64,000 nucleotides of DNA from assembly GCF_963921235.1 (NCBI RefSeq), contig NC_086108.1:56794001-56858000 (forward strand), in the 5' to 3' direction. Shown here piece by piece: positions 23,547 to 36,809 of this stretch. How positions within the stretch are numbered: position 1 is the first letter of the stretch; the number at the start of each line of letters is the position of its first letter. The notes below the pieces were generated by a model. The model was not told where the DNA came from. It did no database searches and saw only the letters and a program-made list of their open reading frames with translations. The stretch comes from Mobula hypostoma. Its lineage: Eukaryota. Position numbers and translations under genes: made by a program.

Positions 23547-25333
23547 AAAAAGACCTTGATGGGAGTTGTATACAGACCCCCAAACAGTAGTAAGGATGTG
23601 GTCTACAAATTAAGCGGGAGATAGAAAATGCATGCCAAAAGGGAAATGTTACAATAGTCAGGGAGGTTTCTATATGCAGATAGATTGGGAAAATCAGGTT
23701 GATGCTGTATTCCAGGAAGGGGAATTTGTAAAGTGCCTATGAGATGGCTTTCTAGAGCAGCTTGTGGTTGAGCCCACTAGGGAATCAGATATTCTGGATT
23801 GGGTACTGTGCAATGAACCAGGATTGATTAGAGAGCTAAAGAAAAAAGAACCCTTAGGGGAGTGATCACAATATGATCGAATTCACCCAGAAATTAGAGA
23901 AGGAGAAGCTAAAATCAGATGTATCATTATTACAGTGGAGGAAAGGAAATTACAGAGGCACGAGGAAGGAGCTGGCCAGAATTGATAGGAAAAGAATACT
24001 GGCAGGGATGATGCAGATCAGCAATGGCTGGAATTTCTGCAATATATTCAGGAGGCACAGGATATATACATCCCAAAGAGGAAGAAGTATTCTAAAGGAA
24101 AGATGACAGAACCATGGTTAACAAGAGAAGTCAAAGCCAACATAAAGGCCAAAGACAGGATATATAATAGATCAAAAATTAGTGGGAAGTTAGAGGATTG
24201 GGAAGCTTTTAAAAACCAAAAGGAGGCAACTAAAAGAGTCGTTAAGATGGTAAAGATGGAAAACGAAAGTAAGCTAGCTGATAATATTAAAGAAGACACC
24301 AAAAGTTTCTTCAGATACAAATAGCATATAACAGAGGCGAGAGTGGATATTGGACCACTGAAAAACAATGCTGGAGTGGTAGTAATGGGGGACAATGAAA
24401 TGGCAGATGAACTGAATAAGTATTTTGCATTAGTCATCACTGTGGAAGATACTAGCAGTATGCTGGAAGTTCCAGATATCAGGGGTCATGAAGTGTGTGA
24501 AGTTGCCATAACTAGAGAGAAGGTTCTTGGGAAACTGGAAGGTCTGAAGGTAGATAAGTCATCTGGACCAGATTGTGTACATTCCAGGATTCTGAAAGAG
24601 GTGGCTGAAGAGATTGTGGAGGCATTACTAATGCACTTTCAAGACTTACTAGATTCTGGAATAATTCCAGAAGAATAGAAAACTGCAAATGTCACTCCAC
24701 TCTTCAAAAAGGAAGAGGGGCAGAAGAAAGGAAACTATAGGCCAGTTAGTCTGACCTCAGTGGTTGGCAAGATGTTGGAGTTGATTATTAATAATGATAA
24801 GGTCTCAGGGTACTTGGAGGCACATGATAAAATAGGCCACAATTAGCATGGTTTCCTCAAGGGAAAATCTTGCCTGACAAATCTGTTGGTTGAAGAAATA
24901 ACAAGCAGGATAGACAAAGGAGAATCGATTGATGTTGTGTACTTGGATTTTCAGAAGGCCTTTGACAAGGTGCCACACATGAGGCTGCTTAACAAGCTAC
25001 AGGCCCATGGTATTACAGGGAAGATTGAATCATGAATAAAGCAGTGGCTGATTGGCAGGAGGCAAAGAGGGGGAATAAAGGGAGCCTTTTCTGCTTGGCT
25101 TCCGGTGACTAGTGATGTTCCACAGGAGTCTATGTTGGGACCGATTCTTTTTACATTATATGTTAATGATTTGGATGATGGAATTGATGGCTTTTTGTGA
25201 AGTTGGCAGATGATATGAAGATAGGTGAAGGGGTAGATAGTTTTGAGGAAGTAGAGAGGCTACAACAGGACTTAGGCAGATTAGGAGAATAGACAAAGAA
25301 ATGGCAGATGGAATACAGTGTCGGGAAGTGTAT

Positions 25334-28148
25334 AAGACCATAAGACAAAGGTATAGAATTAGGCTATTCAGCCCATCAAGTCTGCTCCGCCATTCCATCA
25401 TGGCTGATCGTGGATCCCACTCAAACCCGTACACCTGCCTTAGAACGTAGAACATAGAAATCTACAGCACATTACAGGCCTTTCTGCCCACAGTGTTGTG
25501 CTGACCATGTAACCTACTCTAGAAACTGCCTAGAATTACCCTGCCGCATGGTCCTCTATTTTTCTAAGCTCCATGTGCCTATCTAAGAGATTCTTAAAAT
25601 ACCCTATTGTATTTGCCTCCACCACCGTCGCCAGCAGTGCATTCCACACACCCACCACTCTCTGTTGAAAAACTTACCCCTGTCATCTCCTCTGTAGGCG
25701 CTTCCAAGCATGTTAAAACTATGTTTCTTAGAAAACTGACCATATGGCAACTTCCCATTACTCAAGGTCACATCACTTGCACACATCAACAGATGAGTGG
25801 AATCTGTTGATTTATTTACATTTTTTTCATCCCACACAGATTTCATAGAGCAGATTTTATTTCTGCTCTATGAAATTATCTGAAACTTCAATTTAAAACT
25901 TTCACATTTCATAGAAACATAGAAAACCTAACCTACAGCACAATACAGGCCCTTCAGCTCACAAAGCTGTGCTGAACATGTCCTTACCTTAGAAATTACC
26001 TAGGGTTACCCACAGTCCTCTATTTTTTAAGCTGCATGTACTTATCCAGGAGTCTCTTAAAAAACCCTATCGTTTCGGCCTCCATCATGGCCGCCGGCAG
26101 CCCATTCCATGCACTCACCACTCTGCATTAAAAAAACTTACCTTTGACATCTCCTCTATACCTATTTCCAAACACCTTAAAACTGTGTCCTCTCATGCTA
26201 ACCATTTGAGTCCTGGGAAAAAGCCTCTGACTGTTCACACGATCAATGCCTCTCATCATCTTGTGCACCTCTATCAGGTCACCTCTCATCCTCCATCGCT
26301 CCAATGAGAAAAGGCCGAGTTCACTCAACCTATTCTCATAAGGCGTGCTCCCCAATCCAGGCAACATCCTTGTAAATCTCCTCTGCACCCTTTCTATGGT
26401 TTCCACATCCTTCCTGTAGTGAGGCGACCAGAACTGAGCAGAGTACTCCAAGTGGGGTCTGACCAGGGTCCTATATAGCTGCAACATTACCTCTCGGCTC
26501 CTAAATTCAGTTCCACGATTGATGAAGGCCAATACACTGTATGCCTTCTTAACCACAGAGTCAATCTGCACAGCAGATTTGAGTGTCCTATGGACTCGGA
26601 GCCCAAGATCCCTCTGATCCTCCACACAGCCAAGAGTCTTACCATTAATACTATATTCTGCCATCATATTTGACCTACCAAAATGAACCACCTCACACTT
26701 ATCTGGGTTGAACTCCATCTGCCACTTTCCAGGGAGACTTACTCAAGAAAATCTAATTTAGAAATGTGATTTTTTAAAAAATATAAACTCCTTGGGCTGC
26801 AATGCTTCAGAGACAAAGATGCAAAGAAATCTTCCATGAACAAGGCACCCAGACACAGGATGAATTTGTTGCCTCTCAGCCCCATCCTTAGACATTCCAT
26901 CAAAGAATGATTGGACTTCCAGTGTCAGCATTGTCTGGATCATTCAGGAGTGACAAACATGCTTGAAGAGTCAGGGAAATGTGAGAAGGCTGCGGTAAAA
27001 CAGAATAACCAGGAAAATGAAAGTATTGTTGATCAGAGGAGGGGGTGATTCAAGATTGTTTGTCATTTCCAGTACACGAGTGTAAAGGAGAATGAAATTA
27101 TTGTTACTCTGGATCTGATGCAGCACAAAAAAAGCCAAACACAATAATAAAAATACATATATAATTCATAGACAAGATAGAATCAATGTATTGAAGCTGC
27201 ACCCATAAAATGACTCTTGGTACAGGAATGTCTGTACACAAGGTGACTGACAGGAAATGATAAAATAGTGGTGGGGGTGGTGTGTAGAGCAGTGGATTAG
27301 TGAGCGAATATATTGATCAACGTTACTGCTTGAGGAGAGAAACTGTTTTTGAGTCTGGTGGCCCATATCTTCTGATGTCCCGACCAACCAGGAAGCTATC
27401 AACTTCTGCTTTAAATATACACACGGACTCGGTCTCCACCGCAGTCTGTTCCAAAGCATTCCACAGATTCACTACTCTCTGGCTAAAAAAATTCCTCCTT
27501 ACCTTTGTTCTAAAAGGTTGCCCCTCAATTTTGAGCTGTGCCCTCTGGTTCTGGATACCTCCACTAAAGGAAACATCCTCTCCACATCCACCTTATCTAG
27601 TCCTTTCAACATTCAGTAGGTTTCAATGAGAATTCCGCGCCCCCCCCCACCCCCCCCCGGCATTCCTCTAAATCCTAGTGAGTACAGGCCTAAAGCTGCC
27701 AAACACTCCTCATATGTTAACCCTTCAGTCCTGGAATCATCCTCATGAACCTCCTCCGGACTCTCTCCAATGACAACACATCCTTTCTGAGATATGGAGC
27801 ACAAGACTGTTGACAATACTCCAAATGTGGCCCTGCTAATGCTCTATAAAGCCTCAGCATTTTCTCCTTGCTTTAATATTCTATTCCCCTTGAAATAAAT
27901 GCCAACATTGCATTTTCCTTCTTTACCTCAGACTCAACCTGTAAATTAACCTTCTGGGAGTCTTGCACAAGGACTCCTTAGTCACTCTGTACCTCTGATG
28001 TCTGAATTTTCTCCTCATTTAGATAATAGTCCGCACTATTGTTACTTTCACCAAAATGCATTATCATACATTTCCCAACACTGTATTCCATCTGCCACTT
28101 TTTTGCCCATTCTTCCAATTTGACTAAGTCCTGCTGCAGTCCCATTGA
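25334..28148 (-). mobile_element. CR1 3' fragment (25334-25440 plus 27361-28148) interrupted by a composite 1.9 kb insert
   Basis: (TCTTATGG)-type tail at 25334. The 3' UTR breaks at 25440 and resumes at about 27361. RT peptides in ORFs 27613-27816 and 27978-28160. Confidence 0.75.
25911..26727 (-). mobile_element. CR1 3' fragment (same subfamily as 5673-7788)
   Basis: Open 196-aa RT C-terminal ORF 26128-26718 and a tail closely similar to the 7069-7788 region. Confidence 0.9.
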
Positions 28149-28180
28149 ATGGTTATGCACTTTGTTAGAGGAAAGGAAAG

Positions 28181-31100
28181 ACCATTAGACCATAAGATAT
28201 AGGAGCAGAAGTAGGCTATTCGGCCCATCGAGGCTGCTCCACCATTCATTCATGGGCTGATCCAATTCTTCCTGTCATCCCCACTCCCCTGCCTTCTCCC
28301 CATACCCTGTGATGCCCTGGCTAATCAAAAACCTGTCTGTCTCGGCCTTAAATGCACCCAATGACTTGGCCTTCACAGCCGCTTCTGACAATAAATTCCA
28401 CAGATTTACCACCCTCTGGCTAAAGTAACTTCTCTGCATCTCTGTTCTAAATGGATGTCCTTCAATCCTGAAGTCCTGCTCTCTTGTCCTAGAATCCCCT
28501 ACCATGGGAAATAACTTTGCCATACCATCCCCTTCATTCTCCTGAACTCCAGGGAATACAGCCCAAGAGCTGCCAGACATTCCTCATATGGTAGCCCTTT
28601 TATTCCTGGAATCACTCTCGTGAATCTTTTCTGAACCCTCCCCAATGTCAGTATGTACTTTCTAAAATAAGGAGCCCAAAACTGCACACAATACTGCAAG
28701 TGTGGTCTTACAAGTGGCTTATAGAGCCTCAACATCACATCCCTGCTCTTATATTCTATACATCTAAAAATGAATGTCAACATTGTATTCACTTTCTGCA
28801 CCACCGACTCAACATGGAGGTTAACCTTTAGGGTATCCTGCACAAGGACTCCCATCTAAATAATAGTCTGCCCATTTATTTCTTCCACCAAAGTACATGA
28901 CCATACACTTTCCAACATTGTATTTCATTTGCCCATTCCCCTAAACTATCTAATTCTCTCTGCAGGCTCTCTGTTTCTTCAACACTACCCATTCCTCCAC
29001 CTATCTTTGTTTCATCGGCAATTTAGCCACAAATCCATTAATCCCTCAGTTCAAATCATTGACATACGTCGTAAAAAACAGCGGTCCCAACACCAACTCC
29101 TGTGGAACTCCATTGGTAACCAGCAGCCAGCCAGAATAGGATCCCTTTATGCCGATCAGCCAATGCTCCACCCATGCTAGTAACTTCCCTGTAATTCCAT
29201 GGGCTCTTATCTTGCTATATAGCCTCGTGCGGCACCTTGTCAAAGGCCTTCTGAAAATCCAAGTACAACACATCTACTACAACTCCTTTGTCTACCCTGC
29301 TTGTAATTTCCTCAAAAAAATTGCAGTAGGTTATTCAGGCAGGATTTTCCTTTCAGGAAACCACACTGGATTTGGCCTATCTTGTCATGTGCCTGCCGGT
29401 ACTCTGTAATTTCATCCATAACAATCGATTCCAGCAATTTCCCAACCACTGATGTCAGGCTAACAGGTCTATGGTTCCCTTTCTGCTGCCTCCCACCCTT
29501 CTTAAATAGCAAAGTAACCTTTTCAATTTTCCAGTCCTCTGGTACAATGCCAGAATCTATTGGTTCTTGAGAGATCATTGTTCATGCCTCTGCAATGTCT
29601 CCAGTGACTTCCTTCAGAACCCGAGGTTGCATTCCATCAGGTCCAGGAGATTTATCCACCCTCAGACCATTAAGCTTCCTCAGCACCTTCTCAGTCGTAA
29701 TTTTCACTGCACATATTTCACTTCCCTGACATTCTTGAATGTCCAGTATACTGCAGATGTCTTCCACTGTGAAGTCTGATGCAAAATACACATTCAGTTC
29801 TTCTGCCATCTCTGCATCTCTCATTACAATACTTCCAGCATCATGTTCTTTTAGTCCTATATCTACCCTCAACTCTCTTTTATGCTTTATATACTTTAAA
29901 AAAAACTTTTAGTATCTTCTTTGATATTAGTCGCTGGCTTCCTTTCATAATTCATCTTTTCCTTCCTAATCACCTTCTTAGTTTCCTTCTGCAAGTCTTT
30001 AAAAGCTTCCCAATCCTCTATCTTCCCACTAGCTTTGCCTTTCTTGTATGTCCTCTCTTTTACTTTTACTTTGGCTCTGACTTCACTTGTTAGCCACGGT
30101 AGTGTCCTTCTTCCATTCGAAAATTTCTTCTTATTTGGAATATACTTTGGAATTATTTGGAATATTTGGAATGCACTTCCCTCATTTTTCACAGAAACTC
30201 CAGCCATTGCTGCTCTGCTGTCCTTCCTGCTAGTGTCCCTTTCCAGTCGACTTTGGCCAGTTCCCCTCTCATGCCATTGTAATTTTCTTTATTCCGCTGA
30301 AATACTGACACATTGGAATTTAATTTCTCCTTCTCAAATTTCGAAGTGAACTCAATCATATTATGATCACTGTTCTCTAAGGGTTCCTTAACGTTAAGCT
30401 CTCTTATCACCTCCGGATCATTGCACAACACCCAACTCAGCACAGCCGATCCCCTATTTGACTCAACAATAAGCTGTTCTAAAAAGCCATCCCTTGGACA
30501 TTCTACAAATTCTCTCTCTTGAGGTCCGGTACTGGCCTGGTTTTCCCAATCCACTTTCATGTTAAAATCCCCAACGCTTATCATGACATTGCCCTTCTGA
30601 CACACTTTTTCTACCTCCTGCTGTAATTTGTAATCCACATCCCGGCTGCTGTTTGGAGACCTGTATGGGTTGAACTGCCTCTATAGGTTGAATTAAGAGA
30701 CTCTACACCTTCCAATCCTATGTCATCCCTTTCTAATGTTTTAATATTATTTCTTATACACAGGGCCACACCACCTCTTCTGCCTACTAACCTATCTTTC
30801 CGATACACCTTATATCATTGGACGTTCAGCTCCCAATGCCAGCCATCCTTTAGCCAAGTTTCAGAGATGGCCACAACGTCATACTTGCCAACCTGTAGCT
30901 GAATTTCAAGATCATTTTATTTCTTATGCCACATGCAGCCAAATATAACACTTTCAGTCCAGTATTTGTTGCTTTCTGTTTTAACTGCTCCACACCTCTA
31001 TTGCCCTGTATATCATCCCACTGACTGTAATTATGCCTCATCTCCTGCCTGTCCTTTCTATCAGCTCTGCTGCACACTATCTTTGATCAATTTCTGTTTC

Positions 31101-31611
31101 CCCCTTCCCCAACCCTATCATTCCAGTTCCCATTCCCCTGCCAAATTAGTTTAAACCCTCCTTAACAGCTCTATTAAACCTGCCTGCTAGGAACTTGGAC
31201 GCCTTTGGGTTCAGGTGTAACCCATCCTTTTTGTACAGGTCGTACCTCCTCCAGAAGAGGCCCCAGTGATCCAGCAACCCAAAGCCCTGCCCCCTCCACC
31301 AGTCTCTCAGCCACGCATTAATATGCCTGATCGTGCTATTTGCGCTCGTTAGCATGTGGCACAGGCAGCAATCCTGAGATTACTACCCTGGAGGTCCTGC
31401 TTTTCAGCTTCCTACCCAACACCCTGAACTCTCTCTTCAGAACCTCCTCCTTTTTTCCACCAATGTCATTGGTACCAACATGTACCAACACTTCTGGCTG
31501 TTCACCCTCTCCCTTCAGAATATTCTGCACCCAGTCCGAGACATCCCGTGCCCTTGCACCTGGGAGGCAACACACCACGCGGGTATCTCTATCAGGTTGA
31601 CAGAACCTCCA
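28181..31611 (-). mobile_element. Decayed CR1 LINE with ORF1 esterase region and ORF2
   Basis: CCLPGA, VHVGTND, DGLH (SGNH esterase), then EN/RT fragments. TSD GAAAG at 28176-28180 and 31612-31616. Confidence 0.9.
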
Positions 31612-32369
31612 GAAAGGGTTGACTATATTCAAAATGGAGAGAAAATACAAAAAAACTGAGGTGCAAGGGGATTTTGGAGTCCTTGTGCAATATTCCCTAA
31701 AGGTTAATTTGCAGCTTGAGCCTGTGGTGAGGAAGGCAAATGCAATGTTAGCATTCATTTCAAGAAGACTAGAATATAAAACCAAGGATGTATTGTTGAG
31801 ACTTTATACAGCACTGGTGAGATCTCACTTGGCATATTGTGAGCAGTTTTGGTCACCTTATCGTAGAAAGGACGTGCTGAAACTGGGGACGGTTCAAAGG
31901 AGGTTCACAAAAATTATTCCAGCATTGAATGGCTTGTCATATGAAGAGTGCAGGAATTCAGAAGAATGAGGGGTAACCTCATTGAAACCTGTCAAATAGT
32001 GAAAGGCCTTGATTGAGTGGATGTGGACAGGTGTTTCCTGTGGTGGGAGTGTCTGAGACCAGAGGGCACAGTCTCAGAATAGAGGGCGTCTTTTTAGATT
32101 GAAATGAGGAGGAATTTCTTTAGACAGAGTGGTACGCTGTGGAATTCTTTGCCACAGGCAGCTGTGGAGGCTCAGTCTTTATGTATTGTATATTTAAGAC
32201 AGAGATTGCTTCAGGGCATGAAGGGATATTGGGAGAAGGCAAGAGATTGGGGCTGAGAGGAAAGCTGGATCAGCCATCATGAAATGACAGAGCAGACTCA
32301 ATGGGCCAAATGGCCTAATTATGCCCCTCTTTCTTATGGTCTTGTATCCCGTGGTCCAATTCAGGTACA

Positions 32370-35300
32370 ACCATAAGACATGGGAACAGAAATAGGCCAT
32401 TCAGCCCATCAAGTCTGTTCCGTTCCGCCATTTCATCATGGCTGACCACTTCCTTCTCGAACCCTTCTCCTGCCTTCTCCCCGTAACCTTTCATGCCCCG
32501 ACTAATCAGAATCCAAATCAGTTTTAATATCACTGGTACACATCATGAAATTTGTTAACTTTATGGCAGCAGTATAATGAAACACATGATAAACTGAATT
32601 ACAGTAAGTGTATATGTCTATTAAATAGTTAAGTAGTGCAAAAAATAACAGAAGTAAATATAGTGTTCATGGGTTTAATGTCCATTTAGAAATCAGATGG
32701 CAGAGGGAAAGGATCTGTTACTGAATCACTGGGTGTGTGCCTTCAGGCTTCTGTACCAGGTGTGAAGAGGGCATGTGCTGGGTGGTGGGGATTCTTAGTG
32801 ATGGACGCCACCTTCCTAAGGCATCACTCCTTGAAGATGTCTTGAATGCTATGGAGGCTAGTACCCATGATGGAGCTGACTAATTTTACAAGTTTCTGCA
32901 ACTTACTTCGATCTTATGCAGTAGCCCACACCCCACCCCCCATTACAAACAGTGATGAGGCCAGTCAGAATGCTCTCCAAGATACATTTGTAGAAGTTTT
33001 TAATTGCTTTAGTTGACAAACTCTGAATGAAATATAGCCGCTGACTTGCCTTCTTTATAGCTGTATCAATATGTTGCATCTAGGTTAGGTCCTCAGAGAT
33101 ATTGACACCCCAGAATTTGAAATTGCTCACTCTCTCCACTTCTGATGAGGATTGGTTTGTGTTCAGTCATCTTACCCTTCATGAAATCTACAATCGTTGG
33201 TCTTGCTGACATTAAGTGTAAGGTTGTTGTGACCACACCACTAAACCAGCTGATCTATCTCGCTCCTGTGTGCCTCCTCATCACTATCTGAAATTCTGCC
33301 AACGAGTTATGCCTAGCCACACAGTCATGGGTGTAGAGGGAGTAGAACGGTGAGCTAAGCACACATCCATGTGGTGCACCAGTACTGATCGTCAGCAGGG
33401 TGGAGATGTTACTTCCGATTTGCACAGCTTAGGAAATCAAAGATTCATTTGCAGAGGAAGGCACAGAGGCTTAAGTTCCATAGCCTATCAATCAGGACTG
33501 TAGAAATTATGGTGTTAAATATTGAGCTATGCTCAATAAAGAGTATCCTGAAATAGGTACTTACATTATCTTGGTGATCCAAGACCACGTGGAGAGCCGT
33601 TGAGATTGAGTCTGATGTAGATCTATTGTGGCGATAGACAAAGTGCAGTGCGTCCAGGTCTTCCTGAGACAGAAGTTGATTCTAGCCATGACCACCCTCT
33701 CAAGCCATTTCATCACCATAGATGTGAGCGCTGCTGAAGAACCTATTAGCCTCCACTAACCTGGTCTCCATGGCCACTGCTGGCAATAAACTCCACAGAT
33801 TCACCACCCTCTGGTTAAAGAAATTCCTTCTCATCTCCGTTCCAAATCAACGTCCCTCTATTCCAAGCCTGTGCCCTCTGGTCCTAGGAAACATCCTCTC
33901 CACATCTGCCCTGTCAAGGCATTTCAACATTTGATAGGTTTCAATGAGCTTTCCTCCCCACCCCCCATGCTTATAAATTCAAGTGAGTAAAGCCAGCAGC
34001 CATTATTAGCTCCTCATATGATGACCTTCTCATTCCTGGAAACATTTGTGGGAACCTCCACTGAACCCTCTCCAATAACAGCACATCCTTTTTTAAACTG
34101 CTGACAATACTCCATGAGGCCTCACGAGTGCCTTATAAAGCCACAGAATTACGTCTTTGCTTTTATATTCATGTCCTTCCAAAATAAATTCTAATATTGC
34201 ATTTTCCTTTCTCACTAGCGACTCAACCTGTAAATTAATCTTTAGGGAATCCTGCAAGAGGATTCCCAAGTCTGTTTGCACTTTGGATTTTTGAATTTCC
34301 TCCCCATTTAGAAAATAGTCTGGATTTATTCCATCTACCAAAGTGCATGACCGCACACTTTCTGACACTGTATTCCATTTACCATTTCTTTGCCCATTCT
34401 CCTCATTTGTCCAAGTCACACTGCAGCCTCCCTGCTTCCTCAACACTACCTGCACCTCCAATTATCTTTGTATCATCCACAAACTTGGCCATAAAGCCAT
34501 AAATTCTGTCATCCAAATCATTGAAATGCAATATAAAAAGTAGCTGTCCCAACTCAGACCTCTGTGGAACACCACAAGTCACCAGCAGCCAACCAGAAAG
34601 GGCTCCCTTTATTCCCACTGTTTGCCTCCTGCCAATCTGCCAATGCTCTATCCAGGCTTGTATCTTTCCTGTAATACCTTGTGCTCTTATTTAGTAGCCT
34701 CATGTGCGGCACCTGTCAAAGTCCTTCTGAAAACCCAAGTATACAGCATCCACCAGTTCTCCTTTGTCTCTCTTGCTTGTTATTTCCTCAAAGAATTTCT
34801 AACAAGATTTCTATGCAAGATTTTCCCTTAATAAACCATACTAACTCTGGCCTATTTTATCATGTGCTTCCAAGAACCCCGAAACGCCATCCTGAACAAG
34901 AGACTCCAAGATTTTCCCAGCCACTGAGGTCAGGCTAACTGATCTATAATTTCCTTTCTTCTGCCTCTTTCCCTTCTTTGAAGAGTGGAATGACATTTGC
35001 AAATTTCCAGTCCTCCGGAACCATAACAGGATCTATTGATTATTGAAAGATCATTACTAATGCCTCCACAATCTCTTCAGCTACCTCATTCAGAAACCTG
35101 GTGCGTAGTCCATGTGGTCCAGGTGACTTACCTACCTATAGACCTTTCAGTTTCCCAAGCAGCTTCTCTCTAGTAATAGACTGCACTCACTTCTGCTCCC
35201 TGACACTTGAACTTCCTGCATCTGCTAGTGTCTTCCATAGTGAAGACTGATGCAAAATACTTAAATCATTTCTTCTGCCATTTCCTTGTCCCCCATTATT

Positions 35301-36250
35301 ACTACTCCACCATCATTTTCCAGCAGTCCACTATTTACCCTCGTCTCTCTTTTACTCTTCAAAAAAACTTTTGTTATTCTCTTTGATATTTTTAGCTAGC
35401 TTCCCTTCATATTTCATCTTTTCCACCCTATGGCTCTTTTAGTTACATTCTGTTGGTTTTTAAAAGTTTCCCAGTTTCTAACTTCCCACTAATTTTTGTT
35501 ATATTACATGCCTTTTCTTTTGCTTTTATGTTGGTTTTGATTTCCCTTGCCTTGTCAACAATGGTTGCTTCATCCTGCCTTTAGAATACTTCTTCTTTGA
35601 GATGTATATATCCTTCAGTTTCCAAATTGCTCCCAGAAACTCCAGCCATTGCTGTTCTGTCATCATCCCTGCTTGTGTCCCCTACAAATCAATTTTGGCC
35701 AGCTCGTCTCTCATGCCTCTGTAATTTCCTTTACTCCACTGTAATACTGATACATCTGACTTTAGCTTCTTCCTCTCAAATTGCAGGGTGAATTTTATTA
35801 TATTAAGATCACTGTCTCCTAAGGGCTCCTTTACCTTAAGTTCCCTAATCAAATCCAGTTCATTACACAACACTCAATCCAGCATAGCTGATCCCCTAGT
35901 GGGCTCAACCACAAACTACCGTAAAAAGCCATCTTGTAGGCATCCTACAAATGTTCTCCCGTGGAATCCAGCACCAACCAATTTTCCAAATCTACGTACA
36001 TATTGAAATTCCCCCATAACTATCGTAACATTGCCCTTTTGGTGTGGTGTTCCGATCTCCATATCCTGGCTACTGTTCGGAGGTCTGTATATATCCCATC
36101 GGGGTCTTTTTTTTACCCTTGCAGTTTCTTAACTCTACCCACAAGGATTCAACATCTTCTGATACTATGTCACATCTTTCTAAGGATTTGATTTCGTTTT
36201 TCACCAACAGAGCCACACTATCCCCTCTGCCTACCTGCCTGTCCTTTCAA
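32370..36250 (-). mobile_element. Decayed CR1 LINE interrupted by Rex1/Babar
   Basis: Tail at about 32370. The 3' UTR breaks at ~32507 and resumes at ~33737. EN/RT peptides in ORFs 34093-34618 and 35682-35873. Confidence 0.85.
32508..33736 (-). mobile_element. Decayed Rex1/Babar LINE
   Basis: Tail and RT-region sequence homologous to the Rex element at 46585-47542. Confidence 0.8.
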
Positions 36251-36809
36251 TTTTAAGGTGTTGTTTCAGAATAAATTTACACTCAAAGGATTGGGTTTGA
36301 TTTTAACCCAAATTCTGTGGCTTTCATTATCATGTTTTACTGTTCTTTGATAGAAACTTGTGAAAATACATAGTTTTTTTTTACTGCAGCAGTTATTGGA
36401 AACAGCTGTAGTTTTATCTATAAAGCAGGGCTCATTTGGTCACAATAAAAATTGAAAAAAATTGTTTGCTTTATCAAATCTGTTGTTGTCACAAGTTGTG
36501 TCTAAACTTTCTAGACTCAAGCAAACAGTGCAATTCACATAGTCATATGTCAGATTTGGCTAAATTTCAACAAATTAAAGACATGTAAACTTCTCAATCC
36601 TCTCTGTCTCCACAACCTCAACAGTAAATCAGTAGGCTTTTAATATGTCATCTGAGGGTAAATCTGTTTAACAGTAATGAATATAGCATACTTTCTGTAG
36701 CAGGTAATTGATTGCAAAAAAAACTTGTGCCCAGGGAAAAAAGATAAATCTCTACTCCCAGAATTCTTTTTCCTGAGTCTCAATAATTTTACCCTTTATA
36801 TTCACTCTT

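Larger units (their letters stand above)
19990..32345 (+). mobile_element. Near full-length decayed CR1 LINE (5' UTR, zinc-finger/esterase ORF1, ORF2, tail) split by four nested insertions
   Basis: Pieces ~19990-20527, 21795-23123, 23547-25333, 28149-28180 and 31612-32345 join collinearly (e.g. GGGAAGTGTAT | ATGGTTATGCACTTTG...GAAAG | GAAAGGGTTGACTAT). 5' start approximate. Confidence 0.8.

Noticed and set aside
31336..31785. 149-aa ORF with esterase motifs and a hydrophobic N-terminus
   Set aside because: Chimeric across the insertion junction at 31611/31612. The N-terminal part is antisense CR1 RT.
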